Positions 17,957-26,009 of a DNA stretch of 32,000 bases are shown here, in pieces. Both the position numbers and the translations under genes were made by a program. The DNA lies in contig NC_009664.2 of assembly GCF_000017305.1 (NCBI RefSeq), positions 4,350,001-4,382,000 on the forward strand, in the 5' to 3' direction. The stretch is from Kineococcus radiotolerans SRS30216 = ATCC BAA-149. Its GTDB lineage: Bacteria; Actinomycetota; Actinomycetes; Actinomycetales; Kineococcaceae. The notes under the pieces were generated by a model. The model was not told where the DNA came from. It searched no databases and saw only the letters and a program-made list of their open reading frames with translations. The number at the start of each line of letters is the position of its first letter. The first letter of the stretch is position 1.

Positions 17957-19543
17957 TCACCTCCACCAGGTGGTGGCCGCGGGGGGCGTGTGGCGAGGTC
18001 CTGCCGCCCATGCTGGTGAGCCGGGTGGGGTGACGAGGGTGAGGGTGCCCGCGTCGCTGGGCACGTTCACCAGGTACTTCGCCTGATCGCTGTCCTGCGG
18101 GTCTGTCGGTTGGGCGAGCACCTGCGAGGTGGGCATCCTCGGGGCGGTGGGCTGGAGGTCGGGGAGCAACCGCTGCGCCAGTCCCGCCAGGCTGAGCTGG
18201 GCGTGCCAGGGGCCACCGTGTCGTCGGGTGAGGTCGAGAGCGCGCAGGACTGCGGCGGCCAGCAGGTGTCCGCTGCCGTGGTCGAGAGCTTGCGCCGGTA
18301 GCACCCCCGGCCGCCAACCGTGAGGGATCGGGGCTGTTGGAGTGCTCGTGGGGTCGCCCGGTCCCCGGTCCCCGGTCGCGCGCTCTCCGGTCTTGTCGAC
18401 GGTGCGGGTGAGGTGGGCGATGCCGGTGGCGGCTTGGACGGTGGAGTCGAACCCGCGACGGTTCCCCCAGGGGCCGGTGACGCCCCAGGCGGAGAGTGAG
18501 GCGACGACCAGGTGCGGGTGCTCGCGGGCGAGGGTGGCCTCGTCGAGGCCGTGGCGGGCCAGGGCGCCGGGACGGTAGCCGTGGACGAGGACATCCGCCT
18601 CGGCCAGTAGTTGGTCGAAGCGGTGGCGGTCGTTGCGCTGGGTGAGGTCGAGGGTGGTGCAGCGTTTGCCGGGGCCGGTCTCCAGCCAGGTGGCGTGGTC
18701 TTCGGGTAGGTGGGGGTGGTCGATGCGGAGGACGTCGGCGCCGTAGGAGGCCAGGGTGCGGGTGGTCAGGGGTCCGGCGATGACGCGGGTGAGGTCCAGC
18801 ACCCGCAGTCCCGCGAGCAGGCCGGGGAGCAGGCCGGGGAGCGGGCCGCGCATCGGTCGTGCCGGGGAGTGCTGGTCGCCGACGACTGGTCGGGGTGTGG
18901 GTTGCCACCGCGGGCGGGTGAGCTGACCCGGGACGTGACTCGCGGCGTGACTCGTGGTGCCGGCGGTTGAGCGGGGCACCTGGTGCAGGTCCAGCAGTGG
19001 GGCGGCGGCCACCGCGGTGGCGGCGGGATGGGTGGCCCACTCGGTCCGGGTGCGGACGGCGGCGGCGATGCCGCCGGCGGCGGTGACGACGTCTTCGACC
19101 TCGAAGCGGCCCATGTCGGCGATAGTGCGTAGTGGGTCGGAGCCGAGCGCGTGGTGCAGGGCGGTGGCGTGGTGGGGGTAGTTGGCGTGCAGGCGCACCC
19201 AGCCGTCGGCGGCGGGGGTGAAGCGGGACAGGGGCGCGAACCCGGCGCCGGCGGGTGCCCCGTTGATGCGCAGGAGGCGTTCGCTGCGGAAGGAGATCCC
19301 GACGTGGGTGGCGTTCACCACGACCTCGCCCTGCTGGTCTGGGTCGCCGTCGCGCTCTGACGCGCCGGCGGGGGCGGCGAGGGCGGCGGCGGCGAGCAGT
19401 TGCACCGCGACGGTGTCCACGGCCAGAGCTGCGACGGGGAGCGGGGAGGGGAGGTCGGCTTGGCCGGTGACGCGCAGGCGGGTCAGGTGGTGGGGGTTGC
19501 CGTGCAGGGCCTGCCAGGTGTGGTGCAGCAGTTCGGTGCTCAC
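17957..19543 (-). CDS. CoA-transferase family III (CaiB/BaiF-like) protein with an extra N-terminal CoA-transferase-like half
   Basis: The canonical start motif GLRVLDLTRVIAGPLTTRTLASYGADVLRIDHP sits at about residue 245. Residues 1-200 resemble the middle and C-terminal part of the same fold (FAPLSRFTPAADGWVRLHANYPHH…). Confidence 0.85.
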   Translation of the reverse strand: MSTELLHHTWQALHGNPHHLTRLRVTGQADLPSPLPVAALAVDTVAVQLLAAAALAAPAGASERDGDPDQQGEVVVNATHVGISFRSERLLRINGAPAGAGFAPLSRFTPAADGWVRLHANYPHHATALHHALGSDPLRTIADMGRFEVEDVVTAAGGIAAAVRTRTEWATHPAATAVAAAPLLDLHQVPRSTAGTTSHAASHVPGQLTRPRWQPTPRPVVGDQHSPARPMRGPLPGLLPGLLAGLRVLDLTRVIAGPLTTRTLASYGADVLRIDHPHLPEDHATWLETGPGKRCTTLDLTQRNDRHRFDQLLAEADVLVHGYRPGALARHGLDEATLAREHPHLVVASLSAWGVTGPWGNRRGFDSTVQAATGIAHLTRTVDKTGERATGDRGPGDPTSTPTAPIPHGWRPGVLPAQALDHGSGHLLAAAVLRALDLTRRHGGPWHAQLSLAGLAQRLLPDLQPTAPRMPTSQVLAQPTDPQDSDQAKYLVNVPSDAGTLTLVTPPGSPAWAAGPRHTPPAATTWWR

Positions 19544-19610
19544 GAGGTGATCGTGGCAGTCGCGCTGGGGCGCGGCGCCCTCGCCGCCTGGACATCGACG
19601 CCTGAATCAT

Positions 19611-19677
19611 CGCCAGGACCGTGACGTCGCCCGCCTCAGTCGATACAGCCCGGCCCGCTGGATGACTGTGCGGGGTC
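19611..19677 (+). repeat. junction repeat, copy I (bipartite)
   Basis: cgcCAGGACCGTGACGTCGCCCGCC, then GCCCGGCCCGCTGGATGACTGTGCGGGGTC. Box spacing is 47 bp. Confidence 0.85.
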
Positions 19678-19719
19678 AACCGCTGACAGGGAGGGGCTGG
19701 CCGTGGCAGGTTGAGGCAA

Positions 19720-20129
19720 TGGATCACGGGTGTGCCGAAGCTGCTGCGTCGGTGCTGCGGTTCGTGCACTGTGCGTCTGCGCGGGGCGGCGCGCAGGGTG
19801 GTGAGCTGAGTGGCTTGTGGGCAGCCAAGCCGTGGCGCAGAAGCGTGGGTGTGCTCTCTGGAGCGCTGCTGATCGCCGGCTGCGGTGGGACGGCCGATCT
19901 CGAGCCCCGTGAGGCGGCTAGCACAGCGTGTCGGCAACTGGCGGTCAGCCAGTACGGGCGCGAGGACGCTGAGGTCGACGAGGTCGAAGACGTGGATGAG
20001 GCGGCGTCGGGGGCAGTGGAGGCGTTCGAGGTGACGGGTACTGCCGGCGAGGTGGGGTGGATCTGCACGCACACCACGACTCGTACGCAGGTCACGGTGC
20101 AGACGGAGACGTCCATCGACAAGCGCTGA
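19720..20129 (+). CDS. small lipoprotein (hypothetical)
   Basis: The signal KPWRRSVGVLSGALLIAGCGG contains a lipobox LIAGC. The start is uncertain: ATG at 19720 or TTG at 19815. The mature part is acidic, about 80 aa. Confidence 0.6.
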
Positions 20130-20229
20130 GGCGTTGAGGCGGGGAGAGGAGAAGGTCGAGCGGTTGGAACGCTGTCGTTGCTCATCCAGGTCGGCGAAGA
20201 TGTGCCACCTGCGGTGGGGCTGTGCGCTG

Positions 20230-20460
20230 TCAGCGGTGGTGGGCTGGCCTGCCGTGGTGCGGGTCGAGGACGCGGGTGTGAGTGGTGAGCCATCGCATCT
20301 GCTCGTCCCACCACCAGCGGCGCTGCGGCATCGTCGGCGGCTGCTGCGTCTCACCCCAGGTGTAGGCGTACAACCCGTGGACGCCGCGGCGGCCGCTGAT
20401 CGCTTCGGCCGCCAGCGGCCGGTCGAGTGAGGCGGCAGCGTCGAAGAGCAGGTCGTCCAT
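20230..20460 (-). CDS. hypothetical small protein (possibly a gene fragment)
   Basis: MDDLLFDAAASLDRPLAAEAISGRRGVHGLYAYTWGETQQPP…RRWWWDEQMRWL has high GC3. An adjacent frame (…RRWHIFADLDEQRQR) suggests a possible frameshifted continuation. Confidence 0.35.
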   Translation of the reverse strand: MDDLLFDAAASLDRPLAAEAISGRRGVHGLYAYTWGETQQPPTMPQRRWWWDEQMRWLTTHTRVLDPHHGRPAHHR

Positions 20461-20535
20461 CGCGACCAGGCTGCCGCGGGCATCACCGTCTGACCCGTTC
20501 GGCGTGCTGGCCGCGCCGCATCGACCATCCGGAAC

Positions 20536-20592
20536 TCGAGATGACCGTGACGTCGCCGCCGTCCAGCGCCCGCCCGGACCGCGGGATGTTCC
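20536..20592 (+). repeat. junction repeat, copy J (bipartite)
   Basis: TCGAGATGACCGTGACGTCGCC, then GCCCGGACCGCGGGATGTTCC. Box spacing is 45 bp. Confidence 0.85.
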
Positions 20593-20603
20593 AACGGTTC
20601 CGC

Positions 20604-22391
20604 TCACGGCCAGGGCACCTCGGCGAAGGCGGGGTTAACGGCCAAGGCGCGCAGCTGTTCGGTGCTGGTGAGGGGGGAGTCGAAGGAGTTCCCGGTTGCC
20701 AGCTGGGCTTTCGTGGTGGCGTCCAGCCTGGTGTCGGCGCTGACGACGCGTCCGTCGGGGTGGATGACGCTGACGGTGGTGTGCCAGCCCTGCAGCTGAC
20801 CGCCGGGGACTTGATCTTCTCGCACGAGACGGGTGTCGAAGGTGCGGGTGGTGACCAGCCGAGCACCGCCAGGTAGTTGCTCGTCGGTGCATTGCGCCTG
20901 GGGTTGGCAGGTGGTGCGTTCTGAGCCGGGGGTCTCGTCGGCCAGGTGCCCGATCTGCACGGTGAGGGTGGCCTGGGGGGTGCTGCGGGGGTCTTGGTGA
21001 GTCATCCACCAGCCGATTCGTTGCCCGGTGTCGCCGTTGGTCATCGTGCCCACCGCGTAGTAGCGGACCAGGTCCGGGTCGATGCTGAGCAGGGCGTCAC
21101 GGAAGGCGGCGGTGGCGAGGAGCTGCGGGTCGGCGGTGCGGGTGGTGGCGGACGTGGTGAGGGAGGTGGCGGGCGAGCTGGCTGGTGCCGGGTCGACAGG
21201 GTTGAGCTCAGCGGCGACGGCGTGCGCGTGCTGAAGCATCTGACGGTAGGCAGCCAGCTCACCGGCGTGTTCCTCGGCCAGCGGCGCCCAGTGCCGGACC
21301 AGGGCCTGCGCGAAGGCCGATCCCAGGGCGCTGGTGTCCTTGCAGTCACGGTCGGCGCTCGCCAGCGCCGCCTCGGCGGTGGTGAAGGTGTCCAGATCCG
21401 CCTCGGTGGCGCGGGTGCCGTCGGGTTGGTCGGTCAGCAGGTCACGACGCAAGGTCTGCACCTGCACGGGCAGGTCGGCTGGGGTGGCGACCTGGTGGCC
21501 GCGGGTGCCCATGCACTGCGACCACTCCTCCAGCGGGACCCGCAGGGCGCTGTCGCCGGCGACGTCCTCGAGCAGCTGTTCGGGCAGGCCCCGCACCGCG
21601 ACGTAGGTGCGGGTGTAGGTCTCCGCGTCGATGCCGTACAGCTGCTCGACCCCTTGGCCCGCGCAGCCGCTGGTGGTCACGGTCAGGCTGCCGTTGTCCT
21701 CCACGGGCAGGGTCAGCTCCCGCGCCGGGGTTCCGGTCAGGGTTTGGTAGTAGCCGTCGGGTACGCCGTCGATGAAGTCGCCGAGCTGGCCGGAGCCGGG
21801 GTCGGTGAGGACGGCACGGATGGAGCTGGCCACGCCGTAGGTGCTGGCGTGGGTGCTCCACGCCGACAGGTCATCGAGGTCGCGCCCACGGCGGGCCGCT
21901 TCCCCGACACGGTCGCCGGTGTCGACGGCGACGGGGCTGCGCTGGATGGTGACCCCTTGATCGGTCAGGCATCGGTCGATGAGGAGTTGCTCGCTCACGC
22001 CCAGGTCGAGTCCGTCGCGGGTGGCGATGGGCAGCTGGGCGAGGACGTCGTCGACGGTGGCGGCGGCGCGTTGGCCGTCGCGGACCTGGTCTGCGGCGGG
22101 GACGGTGCGCACCTGCTCGCTGTTCCACGGCTGCTGCCAGCTCAGTCCCGCCGCGGCGAGGGCGATGAGGGCGAGGGGGGTGGTGACGGCGGCGCGGCGC
22201 TGCCGGCGTCGGCGCCGGCCCCCGCGCAGAGCCGCAGCAGCGATGCCGGCGGGGGCGTGCAGGCCGCGGCCGGCCGCGTCCAGGCCTGAGCGCAGACGCC
22301 GTGCGGTCGGGTCGTCAGCACCGATGGCCTCGCCGGGGTCCTCGCCCAGGTCGCGGGGGTCGTGGGGGTCGTGGGGGTCGTGGTGGTTCAT
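20604..22391 (-). CDS. single-pass membrane protein with large extracytoplasmic domain; putative anti-sigma factor partner
   Basis: 595 aa. The start overlaps the sigma stop (ATGA). The N-terminus contains (HDP)3. A Arg-rich stretch precedes the TM segment TTPLALIALAAAGLSW. The C-terminal domain is large and uncharacterised. Confidence 0.7.
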   Translation of the reverse strand: MNHHDPHDPHDPRDLGEDPGEAIGADDPTARRLRSGLDAAGRGLHAPAGIAAAALRGGRRRRRQRRAAVTTPLALIALAAAGLSWQQPWNSEQVRTVPAADQVRDGQRAAATVDDVLAQLPIATRDGLDLGVSEQLLIDRCLTDQGVTIQRSPVAVDTGDRVGEAARRGRDLDDLSAWSTHASTYGVASSIRAVLTDPGSGQLGDFIDGVPDGYYQTLTGTPARELTLPVEDNGSLTVTTSGCAGQGVEQLYGIDAETYTRTYVAVRGLPEQLLEDVAGDSALRVPLEEWSQCMGTRGHQVATPADLPVQVQTLRRDLLTDQPDGTRATEADLDTFTTAEAALASADRDCKDTSALGSAFAQALVRHWAPLAEEHAGELAAYRQMLQHAHAVAAELNPVDPAPASSPATSLTTSATTRTADPQLLATAAFRDALLSIDPDLVRYYAVGTMTNGDTGQRIGWWMTHQDPRSTPQATLTVQIGHLADETPGSERTTCQPQAQCTDEQLPGGARLVTTRTFDTRLVREDQVPGGQLQGWHTTVSVIHPDGRVVSADTRLDATTKAQLATGNSFDSPLTSTEQLRALAVNPAFAEVPWP

Positions 22392-23200
22392 CGGGTGCGC
22401 TCCTCGTGCGAGGGAACCGGGTGCGTGCCGGGAACGGCAAGGTCAGGTGGCGTCGCGGCAGATGGCGTCACGTCAGGGGCCGCCGCGGCTGCTGTCACTG
22501 ATGGTGGTGCTGTCGCGGCGGACGAACGGGTCCGCGCTCCCTGGGCGGCTCCGGCACGGGGCGGGTCAACGCGGGGCGGCTCGGAGCCGGGTGGGTCGGC
22601 GCGGGAGGTGTCCAGCAGTTGTCGCAGTCGGCTCAAGCCGCGGGAAGCCTGGGTCTTGACCGTGCCGGTGGAGCAGTTCAGCGCATCGGCGATCTGGGCT
22701 TCGGTCCAGTCCTCGTAGTAGCGCAGCACCAGCACCGCGCGTTGGCGCGGGGAGAGCTGTCGCAGCGCGGTGACGGCCTCGTCCTGCTCGGCGTAGCGTT
22801 CCGCGGTGTCGTGGCTGATGTCGTGGCTGGTGCGGCGGTTGGAGCCGGGGGCTGCGATGTCGTGGCCGCTGCCTTGCTCAGGCCAGAGACCGTCGAGGGT
22901 CACTTCGCGGGGGCGGCGCCCCCGCCGGCGCCAGCGGTCGGTGACGGCTCGGACCATGACGGTGCGGGCGTAGGCGGCGGGTTCCTGCACCCGGCGCCAG
23001 TGCAGGTAGGTGCGCTCCAGGGTGTCCTGCAGGAGATCCTCGGCCAGGTGGTGATCGCCGGTGAGGAAGACGGCGGTGCGCATCAGCTGGTCGGCGTGGG
23101 CGAGGGCCCAGTCCTCGAAGTCGCGATCCCCTCGCGGGGTGGGCTGTGCCCGTGAGGTGGGGTCAGGGCCCTGCTGGGAGTCCTGCCCGAGCTTCTGCAC
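22388..23200 (-). CDS. ECF (sigma-70 family, SigE-like) RNA polymerase sigma factor with Ala/Pro-rich C-terminal extension
   Basis: Region 2 is LAEDLLQDTLERTYLHWRRV. Region 4 is LSPRQRAVLVLRYYEDWTEAQIADALNCSTGTVKTQASRGLSRLRQLL. About 70 further residues have lower GC3. Confidence 0.88.
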   Translation of the reverse strand: MQKLGQDSQQGPDPTSRAQPTPRGDRDFEDWALAHADQLMRTAVFLTGDHHLAEDLLQDTLERTYLHWRRVQEPAAYARTVMVRAVTDRWRRRGRRPREVTLDGLWPEQGSGHDIAAPGSNRRTSHDISHDTAERYAEQDEAVTALRQLSPRQRAVLVLRYYEDWTEAQIADALNCSTGTVKTQASRGLSRLRQLLDTSRADPPGSEPPRVDPPRAGAAQGARTRSSAATAPPSVTAAAAAPDVTPSAATPPDLAVPGTHPVPSHEERTR

Positions 23201-23241
23201 CGGTGCCGTCCTTCACGCTGGTCTGGCTGGGTCACCCTTCC

Positions 23242-23269
23242 AGACGCCAGCGCGTCGTGGACGGTTGAC
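23242..23269 (-). promoter_or_regulatory. candidate ECF-type promoter (GTCAAC-N17-CGTCT) upstream of the sigma gene
   Basis: On the minus strand, AAC-N17-CGTC matches the general ECF -35/-10 pattern. The predicted TSS is about 35 nt before the GTG at 23200. Confidence 0.35.
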
Positions 23270-23370
23270 AGGCAGGCCACAGCTTCTGGTCGAGCCCGCC
23301 CCGCCCGCGGGGCTGCGTTGTGCAGATCGTCGCGCCCCACGACAGCACGCCTCTCGCCAGCCGCGTACGA

Positions 23371-23403
23371 CCGCCCGGACCGCGGGATGACCGTGGAGTC
23401 GGC
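23371..23403 (+). repeat. junction repeat, copy K
   Basis: CCGCCCGGACCGCGGGATGACCGTGGAGTCGGC; exact core at 23382-23393. Confidence 0.9.
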
Positions 23404-23420
23404 GTGGACCGCACGGAGGG

Positions 23421-24188
23421 TCACGTGGGGAGGTCGACCCCGGCCTTCAGCAGGGCGACCCCAGCGACCGGGTCGCTGGAGGTGTCCACGCTGACGGCGA
23501 AGACGTGGCCGGCTGCGGTGGCGCGCCAGGCCATGCGGGTGTCCCCAGGATCCATGTACTGCACCCCGAGCACGTTGCCGTTGCGCCAGCGCAGGGTGGT
23601 GAAGTCCGAACGGGGCGGCTCGCTGGTCGCCGAGGCAGCTGGGTGGCTGGGTGGCTCAGCGATGTGACCGCCGTAGAGGATCGTCATCCACACCAGCCCC
23701 CGGCTGCGGGCCTCGTCGAAGGGCGTGCCGTCGACGTCGACACCTGGGGGCAGGTAGGCGATGGTCACGCCGTGGACGTCGGCCGCCGGGTCGCCCGGCG
23801 GTGCAGGTGGGTCGGCCGCTGAGGGCACCGGGTGCTCGAAGACATCGGTGCCCTCCGAGCTGCCGCAGGTCAGGGTGAAGCCGCGTTCCTGCAGCATCGG
23901 GAACGTCGGGATCGGGATGCCGAGGTGCTCGGCGACCTCATCACACGCCAGGGTGTCGCCTACGAGGTCTTGGGTGGTGCTGAGCAACCCCAGAGGGTTG
24001 CCGCGACGGGCGAACTCCGGGTGAGTCAGCGCTGCGACGGCGCTCTCTTGAGAAGGTGTCAGCACCAGTGCGGGTTGGCTGCTCTCTTCGGGGGAGGTGG
24101 CGTTGGGCGCGCTGCCGCAGCTGCAGAGGGCGTACGGCGCCAGGGTCAGGCCGGCGACCCGCCGCACCGCTCGTGTCCTTCCGCCCAT
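23421..24188 (-). CDS. hypothetical lipoprotein / secreted protein
   Basis: MGGRTRAVRRVAGLTLAPYALCSCGSAP is a signal peptide with Cys. The ATG at 24188 has GGGGA upstream. No family was recognised. Confidence 0.65.
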   Translation of the reverse strand: MGGRTRAVRRVAGLTLAPYALCSCGSAPNATSPEESSQPALVLTPSQESAVAALTHPEFARRGNPLGLLSTTQDLVGDTLACDEVAEHLGIPIPTFPMLQERGFTLTCGSSEGTDVFEHPVPSAADPPAPPGDPAADVHGVTIAYLPPGVDVDGTPFDEARSRGLVWMTILYGGHIAEPPSHPAASATSEPPRSDFTTLRWRNGNVLGVQYMDPGDTRMAWRATAAGHVFAVSVDTSSDPVAGVALLKAGVDLPT

Positions 24189-24290
24189 GTTGTCCCCTCG
24201 CCGGTGATCGCGTCGCTGCGGGGACGCATCAGCAGTCTCGCTGCTGTCACAGCCCGGTGTCTCATCGGAGCGGCGGCGATCGCGTCCTGT

Positions 24291-24314
24291 CTGCGGGATG
24301 ACCGTGCGTCTGTC
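24291..24314 (+). repeat. junction repeat, copy L
   Basis: CTGCGGGATGACCGTGCGTCTGTC; exact core at 24293-24304. Confidence 0.9.
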
Positions 24315-24338
24315 TCGTACTCGGTCGCGGGTACATCG

Positions 24339-24833
24339 TGAAGCGTCAGCGATGCCTGGCCCCGCGATGGCTACCTGCTGCACCCCAGCTCCGGGCTGGT
24401 CCGCTACGAGCAGCAGCTGTTACCGCTAGAGGAGCGTGATCTACCGGAGGCTTGGTAGCTGCTGGCGGACGGCGTCCAGGACGAGCGTTTGGAGCAGACG
24501 TGGCGGCTGGTCCTGGCGTGGGCGCAGCGGTGGCGGGCCGATCGGATTGAGGGCGACGTCACTCGGGCAGATCGGCCGGTGGCTACGGCTGCTGGCTCGA
24601 CCCGGTCGTCGGGCTCGCCCTGCCGCTGGGGCGGCGCCTTCTCAGCATCGGCGTTGGGCGGGTCGCCGGGGGCTGATCCGGAGCGGTTGTGGGGGACGGC
24701 TGACGGTGAGCTGCTCGTCGACGCGCACGAGGCGTGGGGCTCGATCGTCGTGCGTGGTGGCGGTGGCGGCGGTGGTGCGCTGGGGGAACTGCGAGGGGAC
24801 GTCGCCCGGCTCCGGGAGGGGTGGAGCCGATGA
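24339..24833 (+). pseudogene. hypothetical coding remnant with in-frame TAG (24456-24458)
   Basis: A single frame has high GC3 across the stop: …DAWPRDGYLLHPSSGLVRYEQQLLPLEERDLPEAW*LLADGVQDERLEQTWRLVLAWAQRWRADR…. There is no ATG. A TTG at 24489 would give a 114-aa ORF. Confidence 0.3.
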
Positions 24834-24874
24834 GGCCAGTGTCCACCCGTCCCGATGAAGGGCTGATCGCGCGG

Positions 24875-24900
24875 ACGGCGGGATGACCGGGAGGTTGCCC
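24875..24900 (+). repeat. junction repeat, copy M
   Basis: ACGGCGGGATGACCGGGAGGTTGCCC; exact core at 24878-24889. It lies between convergent gene ends. Confidence 0.9.
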
Positions 24901-24945
24901 GACCCTCGGGCCGGTCGGGGGCGGGCGGCCCACGCCGGTTGCGCG

Positions 24946-25944
24946 CTACTGCGTGCGACCTGAGGTCGCGCTGCCGCTGAGGTGCTCGCCGGCGCGGGTG
25001 AAGGCAGCTCGCAGCTCGGATGGTTGCACGTCGGTCATGGGGCTGCCGAAGGTGATGAACAGGCCGGCGAGCCCGATCCAGGACCAGGCACCCATCGACA
25101 GCTCGCAGCGGTCCTCATCGAGGCCGCGCACGACGGCGCCGCCGGGGGCGAACTGGGCGACGAGTTCAGCGGGCAGGGCGAGGACGGCCGAGCCGGTGCA
25201 GGGCCAGGGTGCGAGGCGGTCCCCGCGTGCGGGAGTGCGCTGGACCAGCGCTCCGGGCCCACCCTCGGGCAGGTCGCGTTCGACGAAGGGCACGCCGGTG
25301 AGTTCTGGGTGGGTGATGCGGTCGAGTCGCAGGACGTCCCAGTGCTGGTGCGTGGCCTCGTAGGCGACGAGGTACCAGCGGGCTGCCCAGACCACGAGGT
25401 GGTGGGGTTCCAGGACCCGCGAGGTGGGACCTGCGTCGTCCGTGCTGTCGTCGTCCGTGCCGTCGTAGTCCAGGCGCAGCAGGACTCGTTGACGGACGGC
25501 GGTGCCGACGGCGCGGACCAGGTCGGCCTCGGGTGCGGGGGCGGGGAACTCCCACTGGTTGGGCAGGGCGGTGACGGTGAAGGCGTCGGCGTCCAGGCGC
25601 AGCCGGCGGGGCATGACCTGCCGAACCGTCTGCAGGGCCCGTCGGCTCGTCTCCTCGATCCCGCGCAGCACGGCGGAGGTGGTCTGCAGGGCCACCGCGA
25701 TGGCGACCACTTGCTCCTCGTCCAGCACGAGCGGGGGGAGCGACCCGCCCGGTCCGAGCCGGTACCCGCCACCGGCGCCCTTGACCGGCTCGATGGCGTA
25801 GCCCAGCTCGCGCAGGGTCTCCACGTCGCGGCGCACCGTGCGCTGAGAGACCCCGAGGCGGCGGGCGATCTCCTCACCGGCCACGGTGGAGCCGCTGGAG
25901 AGCATCGAGAGCAGGCTCAGCGCGCGAGCTGACGTCGTAGCCAC
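24946..25944 (-). CDS. YafY-like transcriptional regulator (HTH plus WYL domain)
   Basis: ARALSLLSMLSSGSTVAGEEIARRLGVSQRTVRRDVETLRELGYAIEPVKGAGGGYRL is the HTH region. VWAARWYLVAYE is the WYL motif. The GTG at 25944 has AGGAGG upstream. Confidence 0.85.
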   Translation of the reverse strand: MATTSARALSLLSMLSSGSTVAGEEIARRLGVSQRTVRRDVETLRELGYAIEPVKGAGGGYRLGPGGSLPPLVLDEEQVVAIAVALQTTSAVLRGIEETSRRALQTVRQVMPRRLRLDADAFTVTALPNQWEFPAPAPEADLVRAVGTAVRQRVLLRLDYDGTDDDSTDDAGPTSRVLEPHHLVVWAARWYLVAYEATHQHWDVLRLDRITHPELTGVPFVERDLPEGGPGALVQRTPARGDRLAPWPCTGSAVLALPAELVAQFAPGGAVVRGLDEDRCELSMGAWSWIGLAGLFITFGSPMTDVQPSELRAAFTRAGEHLSGSATSGRTQ

Positions 25945-25982
25945 CGTTCCTCCTGACGTAGTGGCCACTCGGTGACCGCTTC

Positions 25983-26009
25983 GGTGTCCATGGTGGCGCC
26001 ATGGACACC
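25983..26009. promoter_or_regulatory. perfect 11-bp inverted repeat (GGTGTCCATGG-tggcg-CCATGGACACC) in the WYL/monooxygenase divergent region
   Basis: The right arm contains the ATG (26001) of the monooxygenase. The repeat lies 39 bp upstream of the WYL regulator start. Confidence 0.5.

Noticed and set aside
19662-19719. The ORF-track start at 19662 (MTVRGQPL…) for the lipoprotein gene, and likewise 13062 for the phosphatase and 10436 for ORF 10436..10990.
   Set aside because: These ATG/GTG codons are the ATG embedded in the repeat core itself. The real genes start downstream (19720/19815 and 13116), and 10436..10990 is an antisense shadow ORF.
17880-20594. Very long ORFs such as 17880..20594(-), 14546..16429(-), 12318..13904(-), 30545..31990(-), 3207..4337(+), 5168..6502(+) and 20946..22289(+).
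   Set aside because: Their translations are Arg/Pro/Gly/Ala-rich and of low complexity, with poor third-position GC. They run antisense or out of frame to ORFs with clear family motifs. These are typical high-GC shadow ORFs.
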